Positions 10,729-19,614 of a stretch of 64,000 bases of DNA are shown here, piece by piece (position 1 is the first letter of the stretch; every line of letters begins with the position of its first letter). The translations under genes and the position numbers were made by a program. The DNA is from Thermoplasmatota archaeon (GTDB lineage Archaea > Thermoplasmatota > E2 > DHVEG-1): contig JALOTN010000007.1 of assembly GCA_025457885.1 (NCBI GenBank), forward strand, positions 1,726 through 65,725, in the 5' to 3' direction. The notes beneath the pieces were generated by a model that did not search any database, was not told the DNA's origin, and was given only the letters and a program-made list of their open reading frames with translations.

Positions 10729-11694
10729 ATGAAAGAAGAATTAGACACATATGATAAAAAAATCTTATTTGAACTTGATATCAACTCAAGGATATCTGCA
10801 TCAAAAATCGCAAAAAAATTAAAACTACCAAAAGAAACCGTAAATTATCGAATCAAACGTTTAGAGAAAAACAAATGGATTAGCCGTCTCTATACTATTT
10901 TTAATGCTTCTTTGTTTGGATATTCATATTATCGTGTTTTTCTTAAATTTAACAAACTTACAGCATCCACCGAAACAGAAATAATCGACTATATTACAAA
11001 CGATCCAACCTGCGCGAATCTCAGGATTATAGAAGGTAAATATGACTTAGTATTTCTAACCATTCAAAAAAACCCAGGTGAATTAAAAGGATTTTTACAA
11101 TGTTTTCTTAATACTTTTGGAATGTATGTACAAGATAAAAATATTCTGTTTCTAATGAAAACACATAAATTAAATCAAAAATTTCTTTACGAAGGAAAAA
11201 CAACAAGAACAACGTTTAGTCATTTAGAGTCGAAAGATTTCACGCTTGATAAAATCGATTTAGGTATCATGAAATTGATATCCACAAATGCTAGAATTAA
11301 ACTTAGTGAAATGGCGCATTCTCTCCATGTTGATTCGAGGTTGATAGAATACCATATAAAAAGTATGAAACACGCAGGAGTCATTGTTGCGTATACCATA
11401 GATTTAAATCTCATACATATCAATCGAGAACTTATCCAAATGGACATTGCTCTTAAAGATCCTGCATTCATCCAAAAAATAATCAGTTTTTTTGATAAAA
11501 CAAACACATGTCTCTTCATCCATGAAATGCTAGGTATATATGATATATCTGCTGAATTGTATGTTGAGAATGACGAAATGCTACGAAATATATTAGAAAA
11601 ATTTAAGGAACAATTTTTAGATAATTATGTATATTATGATATCTCTCATGTCTACAAAGAATATGTTATTAATTGGTCACCATTTCATGTCTAG
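10729..11694 (+). CDS. Tandem-duplicated Lrp/AsnC-like protein (two HTH + ligand-domain units)
   Basis: Unit 1: LDTYDKKILFELDINSRISASKIAKKLKLPKETVNYRIKRLEKNKWI. Unit 2: LDKIDLGIMKLISTNARIKLSEMAHSLHVDSRLIEYHIKSMKHAGVI. Confidence 0.6.
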   Translation: MKEELDTYDKKILFELDINSRISASKIAKKLKLPKETVNYRIKRLEKNKWISRLYTIFNASLFGYSYYRVFLKFNKLTASTETEIIDYITNDPTCANLRIIEGKYDLVFLTIQKNPGELKGFLQCFLNTFGMYVQDKNILFLMKTHKLNQKFLYEGKTTRTTFSHLESKDFTLDKIDLGIMKLISTNARIKLSEMAHSLHVDSRLIEYHIKSMKHAGVIVAYTIDLNLIHINRELIQMDIALKDPAFIQKIISFFDKTNTCLFIHEMLGIYDISAELYVENDEMLRNILEKFKEQFLDNYVYYDISHVYKEYVINWSPFHV

Positions 11695-11708
11695 ATAATT
11701 GATGTTCA

Positions 11709-11895
11709 TATGTACGAAGACTTCTTAGGTCTCATAAGAATTCGTTAGTGGTTGGTATAGGAATAGCGCCTCGTAGGGAGATGGCAATGATTATTGCCGC
11801 TTATATGACTTAATCTTGGAGTTAAAAAACAAGATATTTATATGTCATTGATACTGAGGAGTCTACTAACCACAATCTTTGTTCCAATAGTTTAA
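11709..11895 (+). pseudogene. Relic 3' fragment of a Kef-type cation:proton antiporter paralog (frameshift plus in-frame stop)
   Basis: Hand translation gives YVRRLLRSHKNSLVVGIGIAPRREMAMIIAA, then after a 1-nt shift LI*LNLGVKKQDIYMSLILRSLLTTIFVPIV*. This is colinear with the C-terminus of ORF 4529-5695 (RMSHKNSLIVGMGMAPRGEVAMIVALIGLNLGVIQQDIYVSIILMSLLTTIFVPIV). Confidence 0.65.
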
Positions 11896-12086
11896 CTATA
11901 CTATAAAAAAAATTAATTCTAACAAAAATTCATTTATTAGTTAAAACGATTGATATCGCATAAAGAATAGTAGATAATATGGAAAATATTTCATTTCGTA
12001 ATAGTTTATATTAATAAAACACGTCAAATAATAGATATGAACGAAAATTATTTAACAGAGATACCAGATTTTATATTTGTTGCTTT

Positions 12087-12659
12087 ATGACATATTTGTC
12101 TGATTTAAAAAAATCTGATGTAGTAAGTGCCGATGGTAAAATTATAGGAACTGTAAACAGTGCAATAATAACCGGGAAGATGGAAATCAGTGGATTAGTT
12201 ATTAAACTGAACAAAGCAGCTGTGACATTAATTGGAAAAAAGAAGCCTCTATTATCTTCTCTATATATCGATGTTAATATTGAAGAAATTAAGGGAATTA
12301 AGGATACGGTTATTTTAAATCATTCTTGGAACAACCTTGGTAATTTTCTTCTCGAGCATAACTCAAAATATGATGCTCAGCGACTTCTCGGCTTGGAAGT
12401 ATTGGGCACCGGTGGAAAAATTGTTGGGACTGTTGAAGATATAAATATTGATACGCAAAGTTGGAAACTACCATCGCTTATCATCAAAGTGAAAAAAGAT
12501 TCGCTTAAAATGGTTAAATCAGAAAGTTGTTTCCTCTGTAACAACCGCTTACATATTTCAATGCAACATATAGTGGATATAGGTGATTACGTGATGCTCG
12601 AAGTAACCGCTGAAGATATCGGTAAGATTCTGGATTCTACTCCAATAAAAAAGGTATAA
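12087..12659 (+). CDS. PRC-barrel domain protein (two repeats)
   Basis: Repeated pattern: DLKKSDVVSADGKIIGTVNSAII and LLGLEVLGTGGKIVGTVEDINID. Confidence 0.55.
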   Translation: MTYLSDLKKSDVVSADGKIIGTVNSAIITGKMEISGLVIKLNKAAVTLIGKKKPLLSSLYIDVNIEEIKGIKDTVILNHSWNNLGNFLLEHNSKYDAQRLLGLEVLGTGGKIVGTVEDINIDTQSWKLPSLIIKVKKDSLKMVKSESCFLCNNRLHISMQHIVDIGDYVMLEVTAEDIGKILDSTPIKKV

Positions 12660-12746
12660 CATCATTTCTTTGGGAACGCAAATAGAAAAATTGATTTTCA
12701 TTATAAAGTAATGTAGTTTTAGTCCCGAATTTTCCTTTTAGTTGTA

Positions 12747-14015
12747 TTACATTTCATTAAATTCTTCGTAAAAATCTACCCCTTCATTCCACCTTTTAAT
12801 CAAATACTCCTTTTTAACTTCGAAGACTCTTGCCTGATCTTCTACAACTTTTTCCGCTCCCTCGTTATTCATCTCTTTTGTAAGATTAACAAAAGATGCA
12901 ACACGTGCGTAATACAAAGGAGTCATGAGACTGATCATGAGTCTTCTTTTTTCTCCTTTCCAATGATGATAAGCAGCTGCAAGATCGTAGAGAATGTCTG
13001 CCCAATTTTCTGTTTCAATGAAAAAATCTTTTTCTGAGGTTTGATAGAGATTCTCGATTATCTGCCAATCTTCAGATGACACGATTTTTTTCCATATTTC
13101 CTTATAATTATTATATCCTATCTTAAATTCCCTTATTAATCGTGATACATCGATAGAAAACGGCTGAGGTTGTTGAATTACTTCAGGACCAATGATTGGA
13201 ACTGATTGACTATTTTTTACATCTTTCCAGATACCCTCGTTTTCTTCCATTAATTTAAATAATGTTGAAACGACTTCTTGGAACATCGGTCGAAGCGTCT
13301 CTCCGGGATCCTTTATATCATGAATCTTTACACCAAGATTTGCTTGTGCGATTTTTACTTTATGGGTCAATGCAGTGGTGGTTAACCAGATATCAATACC
13401 ATACTTTGCAATATTTGTCTCCCAGACATCTTTGGTAATATACTCTTCAACGAGTGGCAAAGAAAATGCAAAATCTCCTCCAATAGGTTGACGGACGCGA
13501 TACCCATATAACGCCCTTGTTAGGTGATATACGATATTATTTGTGATGGTACCATCATATTTATATCGAGTGTAATACGGAGCGATAAAATCATAGGAAT
13601 CCTCTAACACACCATCGACCATTCGTTGAATCCATCCTGTGGTGATGGACCTGATATCCGAATCAAATAAGACGCAGACATCAGAACGTAATAGACTTGT
13701 TGCCTCGAATATCTCGCGTACTGCAGAACCTTTTCCAGGGATGCCTCGATAGATGGATACAATGCGTTCTATCCATGGGCTCTTTTCTAGTTTTTCACTT
13801 TCTTCTCTGGTGTCATCGACGGATCCGCCATCAGCGACGATAACTACACAGTGCTTTTTTGGGTAATGAAGCGATAATCCTCTTTCGATTGTTTGAATAA
13901 CATGTGCTATGGTTCCTTCGTTGTTGAAACAGGGGATTCCAATAACAATGTCTGCTTTTCCTAAACGTTCAAGATGTTTGCGCGTTGGTTGCCTAATTGC
14001 TGTGCTGAATTTCAT
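12747..14015 (-). CDS. Glycosyltransferase (GT2/GT81-like; glucosylglycerate / mannosylglucosylglycerate synthase-like)
   Basis: Has IGIPCFNNEGTIAHVI, VADGGSVDDT, GKGSA, FDSDI (DxD), QPIGGDFAFS and YGIDIWLTT. Confidence 0.65.
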   Translation of the reverse strand: MKFSTAIRQPTRKHLERLGKADIVIGIPCFNNEGTIAHVIQTIERGLSLHYPKKHCVVIVADGGSVDDTREESEKLEKSPWIERIVSIYRGIPGKGSAVREIFEATSLLRSDVCVLFDSDIRSITTGWIQRMVDGVLEDSYDFIAPYYTRYKYDGTITNNIVYHLTRALYGYRVRQPIGGDFAFSLPLVEEYITKDVWETNIAKYGIDIWLTTTALTHKVKIAQANLGVKIHDIKDPGETLRPMFQEVVSTLFKLMEENEGIWKDVKNSQSVPIIGPEVIQQPQPFSIDVSRLIREFKIGYNNYKEIWKKIVSSEDWQIIENLYQTSEKDFFIETENWADILYDLAAAYHHWKGEKRRLMISLMTPLYYARVASFVNLTKEMNNEGAEKVVEDQARVFEVKKEYLIKRWNEGVDFYEEFNEM

Positions 14016-14051
14016 AATAGTTTTTCAATTTGATTTTATTTAAGGAGATCG

Positions 14052-15251
14052 TTATTTGTTTTCCTCGGTTACAATTTCTAGGAGTTCTTCCCGGATTTTT
14101 CTTTTCGCAGACATCGTTCGTAACCAATCTGGAAGGCGTGTATAGACAGGTTCAAGTGTATAATTATTCCCAGCGGTCATCAATTCATTGCTGAATTGTT
14201 CTACCATTGATTCTTCTAAATGTCTATCATAAGCTATACCATTAAATTGTGCATCTGCATGATATTTTTTTATACAACTCTGAGCATTTTTATGATACAG
14301 TACTCGAAGAGATAAGAGGAAGGATCTAGTTACTTCAATATGGTCCTCTTCGATTAATACCCGCAGAAGACTTTTGAATATATCACCAGACATTTTCACA
14401 AGTCCCTTTGTTGAATCACCGATCTCTTGATGTTTATGTTCATAAAAACCCAGGTCCGTCTGGCATACTCTTTTTGAAGCGATATTTCGATAGATTTCCG
14501 CCATGACTCCGATTTCTACTCCCCATCCTGATGGGATATCTAAATCCCGGGCTAAATCGCTTGTCAATGCGAATTCTCCTGATATGGGATATCGAAACGC
14601 ACGAAGAAAACGAATAAAATCAGGTTCATTATTTAACACATCAACAAGTGAGCGAAGAAGCGGGTGAAGAAACAGACGGAACACTCGACCGTACATTGCT
14701 GTTTTATCGTAACTCACACGAGCATAGTATCCTTTGTTAAATTTAAAATCAAGTTCAGGTTCGAGGAGTGGATACAATAATTTGGTTGGGATTGATTCAT
14801 CATAGCTTTGAATATCAGCATCGTGGAGTACAATCCCATAGGACTCAATACTTGCAATACCGAGTGCAATCCAAATATCACGTCCCTTCCCACTAAAATT
14901 TATAAGGTCCAATCCTTGATTCTTCAATTGTGTCAATAGGTTCGTTACTTTTGGACCGTTGCACCAGATGATTAATTTTGGTATGGTTAATTTTGAAAAG
15001 AATTTTTTTACATGAATAAATTCCTCTTCATTATTTGCTGCTAAGGGAATGATGACTTCTTTAAGATAGGTACATTTATTCAGATGTGTTATAATATTTT
15101 CCAATGCTTCGTTCTTTATCTCTTTATAGAGCATCGGCATCACAACGGAGACAGGTAGTTCAGATGCTGCATCGCTCACTTGTTTCATCAGTTGCGTTTT
15201 ATCTGCATACAAATCATGCAATGTAGATATCTCTTCCTGTTTCATATCCAT
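14052..15251 (-). CDS. Glucosyl-3-phosphoglycerate synthase-like glycosyltransferase (GT81-like)
   Basis: Has VSVVMPML, SGKGRDIW, LHDADI (DxD), YGRVFRLFLHPLL, PISGEFALTSDL, GWGVEIGVMAEIY and LGFYEHKHQ, colinear with remembered GpgS motifs. Start is uncertain (15251, 15245 or 15188). Confidence 0.6.
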   Translation of the reverse strand: MDMKQEEISTLHDLYADKTQLMKQVSDAASELPVSVVMPMLYKEIKNEALENIITHLNKCTYLKEVIIPLAANNEEEFIHVKKFFSKLTIPKLIIWCNGPKVTNLLTQLKNQGLDLINFSGKGRDIWIALGIASIESYGIVLHDADIQSYDESIPTKLLYPLLEPELDFKFNKGYYARVSYDKTAMYGRVFRLFLHPLLRSLVDVLNNEPDFIRFLRAFRYPISGEFALTSDLARDLDIPSGWGVEIGVMAEIYRNIASKRVCQTDLGFYEHKHQEIGDSTKGLVKMSGDIFKSLLRVLIEEDHIEVTRSFLLSLRVLYHKNAQSCIKKYHADAQFNGIAYDRHLEESMVEQFSNELMTAGNNYTLEPVYTRLPDWLRTMSAKRKIREELLEIVTEENK

Positions 15252-15912
15252 TAAGACCACCTCCAAAATGATGTAAAATTTCACGTAAATCATCCGTTGC
15301 GATATTGGCATGATTTTGAACATCCATGGGTGCCTTGTAAGCAATCCCTACACCAGCAGCTTCAAGCATATCGATATCAACAGGAGCATCTCCTACAGCA
15401 ATAACTTCGTTATTTGAAATGTCCAATGTCATGCATAAAAAATCTAAAACAGATCGTTTGTTGATCGAATAGATATATCCATCACTACTTGGTTGTAATG
15501 ATCTATTTGAGTAGAGCAGATCACCTGTCACAAGTTGATTTACTATGGATAATCTATTTCCAAATGCATAATCGAGACTTAATCTTCTTTTTAAGTCATT
15601 TGCAAAGCGTTGGTATCCATCAGTTACGAGTGCCGTTTTAATCTGTTTTTCTCTTAAATATGATATTACTGTTTCGACGTGCTCTTGGAGGGGAATTTTT
15701 TTAAAGATATCTAGCAATTCTTGGTATTGCATTCCATTTAATAATTTAGCAATTTCAATGCTTTTTTCATAGGGTTGTTTTGAACTATCGAAAATTGCTG
15801 ATAATTTATTGGTAAATCCTTTTATTTCTGCAAAGACATAGATTGTTCTTCCATCCAGTAATGTACCATCCATATCAAAGATGACTAATTTGTATTGTTT
15901 TTTTTGTTTCAT
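15214..15912 (-). CDS. HAD-IB family phosphatase (phosphoserine phosphatase-like)
   Basis: Has FDMDGTLLDG (DxDGT) and VAVGDAPVDIDMLEAAGVGIAY (GDxxxD). Start placed at MKQKKQYKLVIF. Confidence 0.7.
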   Translation of the reverse strand: MKQKKQYKLVIFDMDGTLLDGRTIYVFAEIKGFTNKLSAIFDSSKQPYEKSIEIAKLLNGMQYQELLDIFKKIPLQEHVETVISYLREKQIKTALVTDGYQRFANDLKRRLSLDYAFGNRLSIVNQLVTGDLLYSNRSLQPSSDGYIYSINKRSVLDFLCMTLDISNNEVIAVGDAPVDIDMLEAAGVGIAYKAPMDVQNHANIATDDLREILHHFGGGLNGYETGRDIYIA

Positions 15913-16173
15913 AAATTTCCTTTCCTTCTGGTTATAGGGCGCTGAATGAGGCATCTCTCTATGGAGAATATTATGGGAAAGAGGCAAGAGAGACCCTCAG
16001 TCCTCAGCGAACCCAAGAGTGCAGTTTTGATGTTAATTATCAGGAGGAGATTAGGCTTTAATAAAATAATTATTAATTTTTTACAAAAAATCTAAAAATC
16101 ATATAGAATATTTTGTATTTGTGCATATAAAAATCACATTTATTTTTATAGGTAAATTTGTTTCTGTTTCGAT

Positions 16174-17115
16174 ATGTTGCCACTAATCGGTGCGGTACCT
16201 CTCTTCATTATCGGTATTGTATTACTGATCAAAGGATCCGATATCCTCGTCGAAGGAAGTTCAAAAACCGCTTTAAGATTTGGAATGCCGGTCTTCATCA
16301 TTTCCGCTGTTATTATTGGATTTGGAACATCAGCACCAGAACTGACTGTTTCAGTGGGTGCAGGTTTAGAAAATGAAGCAGGTATCTCCCTTGGAAATAT
16401 AGTTGGATCATGTATAGCAAATATTTTTTTGATTCTAGGTATTGCTGCGATAATTAAACCAGTGAAAATCAAAAACCATGGTATTAGAAAAGAATCGATG
16501 ATTGTTCTACTTTCATCAATCGTCTTACTTCTTTTTGCAATAGGTGGTTTATTGGATGATTATCATCTTCTTGGTGGTGCAATATTTCTTTTATTGTTTA
16601 TTGGATCATTATACGTTTTTGTTCAAAGCGCAAAACAACAAAAACAGAATTTTGATATGAACAATAAAGACAACTTAAACAGATATGTTCTTTTAATTAT
16701 TCTAGGAATCATCGGAGTCCTCCTTGGTGCTTGGTTACTTATCGAATCTACAATTTCAATAGCTACAGCATTGAACATCCCCTCATTTTTTATTGCGTTA
16801 TCTGTCATCGCTGTTGGTACCTCTCTTCCTGAACTAATGGTCACCATCACTGCTTCAAGAAAGGATGCGTCTGACATCACATTAGGTAATATCCTAGGTT
16901 CAAATGTGTTTAATATTTTTCTGATTTTAGGGCTTTCAGCTTTGTTGATACCACTAGATCCATTAAAGGAAATTAATTCGATTATTTTTCTTCTTATCGC
17001 AACTATCTGTCTCTTTGTTTTTTTGTATACCGGTACGACATTGAATAAAAAAGTAGGTCTGATTTTTCTTATTGCATATATACTTTTCATATGTTATTCA
17101 GCTATGTTTATTTAG
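16174..17115 (+). CDS. Ca2+/Na+ antiporter (CaCA / YrbG family)
   Basis: Two alpha-repeats are present: GFGTSAPEL and AVGTSLPEL, with GNIVGSCIANIF and GNILGSNVFNIF. Confidence 0.8.
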   Translation: MLPLIGAVPLFIIGIVLLIKGSDILVEGSSKTALRFGMPVFIISAVIIGFGTSAPELTVSVGAGLENEAGISLGNIVGSCIANIFLILGIAAIIKPVKIKNHGIRKESMIVLLSSIVLLLFAIGGLLDDYHLLGGAIFLLLFIGSLYVFVQSAKQQKQNFDMNNKDNLNRYVLLIILGIIGVLLGAWLLIESTISIATALNIPSFFIALSVIAVGTSLPELMVTITASRKDASDITLGNILGSNVFNIFLILGLSALLIPLDPLKEINSIIFLLIATICLFVFLYTGTTLNKKVGLIFLIAYILFICYSAMFI

Positions 17116-17143
17116 CTGAAAGAAAACAATTTTTGATGTGTAT

Positions 17144-17338
17144 TTATTTTTTATTATCTTCTAAATGTCTGTTTAGAATGTATAATGGTGGTATAGAAAG
17201 TAATATTCCTATAATAAGAAGCGGTATTAAATAGGAGGAGCCTAGATAGATGTCAAGAAGGAGCCAAACACTTCTAAAGATAAAAATCGATGCGATAATG
17301 AGGACAAGTTCCCAGATAATATGATAGTGTTCTTTCAT
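17144..17338 (-). CDS. Small hypothetical membrane protein
   Basis: 64 aa with two hydrophobic helices. No recognisable family. Confidence 0.3.
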   Translation of the reverse strand: MKEHYHIIWELVLIIASIFIFRSVWLLLDIYLGSSYLIPLLIIGILLSIPPLYILNRHLEDNKK

Positions 17339-17445
17339 GACTGAAAGAAATATTGAAATTTGTTATAAAGATTCTGTGTAATAACTGATCCAACTTAGAT
17401 TATACTTTTCTCTTCAAATAACCAATCTTTTTTTTTTGGGTTTCA

Positions 17446-17518
17446 AGCCGCCGAAGGGATTTGGACCCCTGACCTGCTGATTACGAATCAGCCGCTCCAC
17501 CAGCTAAGCTACGGCGGC
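17446..17518 (-). tRNA. tRNA-Thr (anticodon CGU)
   Basis: The reverse complement folds by hand into a 73-nt cloverleaf: GCCGCCG TA GCTT AGCTGGTG GAGC G GCTGA TTCGTAA TCAGC AGGTC AGGGG TCCAAAT CCCTT CGGCGGC T. No CCA is encoded. Confidence 0.85.
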
Positions 17519-17608
17519 ACTCAACCGCCTGAATAGGGTCCGGTATTAAAAAATTGCCTATCGACAGTTTCGTAACATCTTTTTACTCCCATCTGTTACA
17601 AGACCCTG

Positions 17609-18265
17609 ATGATTTGCGGAGCTGATGAAGCGGGACGTGGGCCATGCTTTGGTCCTTTAGTTGTTGCAGGAATCCTTGTTGATAATGATTCGGAGCTTGT
17701 CCGGATCGGTGTTGCTGACTCCAAACAGCTCACTCCCCGAAGACGGGAGCAGCTCGCCCCGATGATCCAGAAACTAGCATCAAAATATGAAGTCATCATC
17801 ATGCCTGCAGATGATATCGATGATCTACGAAAGACCATGACGCTCAATGAACTTGAGGTGTTCGTCTATAGTAAGATTATCGAAAAGCTGCATCCGGATG
17901 TCTGCTATGTTGATGCAGTGGATGTCAAAGAAGAACGGTTTGGAAGAGACATTCTTTCGCATCTTTCCTATAAACCTCGGATCATCTCTGAGCATAAGGC
18001 GGATGCGAAATACCCGATTGTCGGGGCAGCAAGCATCCTTGCCAAGGTGACACGAGATCAGCAGGTCGAACAGATCGCAAAGGAACTAGAACCGAAACTG
18101 AACCTTCCCCTTGGCAGTGGATATCCTTCAGATCCGATGACTAAAAAATTCCTGAAAGCCTGGGTAACGCAATTCGGAGAACTACCCCCGTATGTGAGAA
18201 GATCCTGGGAGACCTGTCAGCAGCTTATCAAGGAGAAGAACACGAAACGATTGGATGAGTTCTAA
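17609..18265 (+). CDS. rnhB: Ribonuclease HII
   Basis: Has ICGADEAGRGPCFGPLVVAG (DEAGRG catalytic motif) and ASILAKVTRD. Confidence 0.9.
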   Translation: MICGADEAGRGPCFGPLVVAGILVDNDSELVRIGVADSKQLTPRRREQLAPMIQKLASKYEVIIMPADDIDDLRKTMTLNELEVFVYSKIIEKLHPDVCYVDAVDVKEERFGRDILSHLSYKPRIISEHKADAKYPIVGAASILAKVTRDQQVEQIAKELEPKLNLPLGSGYPSDPMTKKFLKAWVTQFGELPPYVRRSWETCQQLIKEKNTKRLDEF

Positions 18266-18440
18266 GAAAAGTGGCAGAAATGCCAGCAATCCTTGGCTGG
18301 CATGTCCCCCGCAACACAAGTCAATTGATACGGACATGGTCGTCTTTGTTTATATATCTACGACGGGGGTCAGTGAAAGTATTCAATTTGATTTTTTTTT
18401 AAAAAAATGAATAAAAAAAGAGAGGGGAAAACCAGGGTGT

Positions 18441-19526
18441 TTACTGGTTTTGCTCTTGGAATTCTGTTAAGAATTTACAGAGTGTTTCAGTGCCTTCCAG
18501 TGACATCGCGTTGTACACTGATGCTCGCATCCCGCCGACATCCCGGTGTCCTTTCAGACCGATGAGTCCTTTCTTTTTTGCCTCATCGACGCATTTTGCC
18601 TCAAGCTCCGGGGTTGCTAGGTTAAAGGTGATGTTCATCAGTGACCGTGACTCTGGTTTTGCGACACCTTTGTAAAACCCGTTGGATTTATCGATGATGT
18701 CATAGACCATTTTTGCTTTCTTCCGGTTCTGTTTTTCCATGGCTGGGATGCCACCGAGGGCTTTGAGATGTTCTAAGACTAGTTCGCAGAGGTAAATAGA
18801 GAAACACGGGCAGGTGTTGTACAGAGAGTCTTTTTCCACATGGGTCTTGTATTTCAGCATGGTGGGGGTGTTTTCCGGGACTCGGTTGATGAGGTCTTCT
18901 CGGATGATGACGACCGTCACACCAGCAGGCCCAAGGTTCTTCTGTGCTCCTGCGTAGATAAGACTGAATTTTTTGACATCGATGACTTTGTCCATGAAAT
19001 TCGAGGACATATCGCAGACGAGTGGGACGTCGCTGGGGAGCTTTGGCCATTCTTGCCATTCGATTCCCCCGATGGTCTCATTACCGGTGATATGACCGAA
19101 TGCGGCATTAGCACTAAAGGAGACATTCTTTGGGATGTAGGTGAACTTCTGGTCCTCCGAGGAGGCGATGATTTTGACTTCACCGAAGAGTTTTGCTTCC
19201 TTGATTGCTTTTTTTGCCCAGGCCCCGGTGTAGACGTATTCCATGGGTTTTCCTGCTTGTTGCAGGTTTTGGGGCGCCATGAAGAACTGGGTTGATGCTC
19301 CACCCTGTAGCCAGAGGACTTTGTAGTCGCTGGGGATGCCCATGAGTTCTTTGAGAAGCTCAGATGCTTTCTTATGGACCGCATCATATTCCTTTGATCG
19401 ATGGGAAATCTCAAGAATCGACATTCCTGTCCCTTGGAAATCGAGTAGTTCTTCCTGTGCTTTTTTTAAGACGGGGAGTGGTAATGTCGCTGGCCCTGCA
19501 TAGAAATTATACACACGTTTCGTCAT
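18441..19526 (-). CDS. serC: Phosphoserine aminotransferase
   Basis: Has YNFYAGPATLPLPVL, QGGASTQF and YAGAQKNLGPAGVTVVII (PLP Lys motif). Start placed at MTKRVYNF. Confidence 0.9.
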   Translation of the reverse strand: MTKRVYNFYAGPATLPLPVLKKAQEELLDFQGTGMSILEISHRSKEYDAVHKKASELLKELMGIPSDYKVLWLQGGASTQFFMAPQNLQQAGKPMEYVYTGAWAKKAIKEAKLFGEVKIIASSEDQKFTYIPKNVSFSANAAFGHITGNETIGGIEWQEWPKLPSDVPLVCDMSSNFMDKVIDVKKFSLIYAGAQKNLGPAGVTVVIIREDLINRVPENTPTMLKYKTHVEKDSLYNTCPCFSIYLCELVLEHLKALGGIPAMEKQNRKKAKMVYDIIDKSNGFYKGVAKPESRSLMNITFNLATPELEAKCVDEAKKKGLIGLKGHRDVGGMRASVYNAMSLEGTETLCKFLTEFQEQNQ

Positions 19527-19614
19527 TGTAAGATCCTCCATTGTTGTTGAAGCCCTGTATATCACGAAAAGATTTAAACCATTCGGGGGGTCTTCTCGGA
19601 GAGCGTCTCTTTTT

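Noticed and set aside
18278-18300. GC hairpin (GCCAGC-N8-GCTGGC) after rnhB as an intrinsic terminator or ncRNA
   Set aside because: It is a short 6-bp stem between convergent genes. Archaeal termination relies mainly on oligo-T tracts, so there is not enough evidence for a structured RNA gene.
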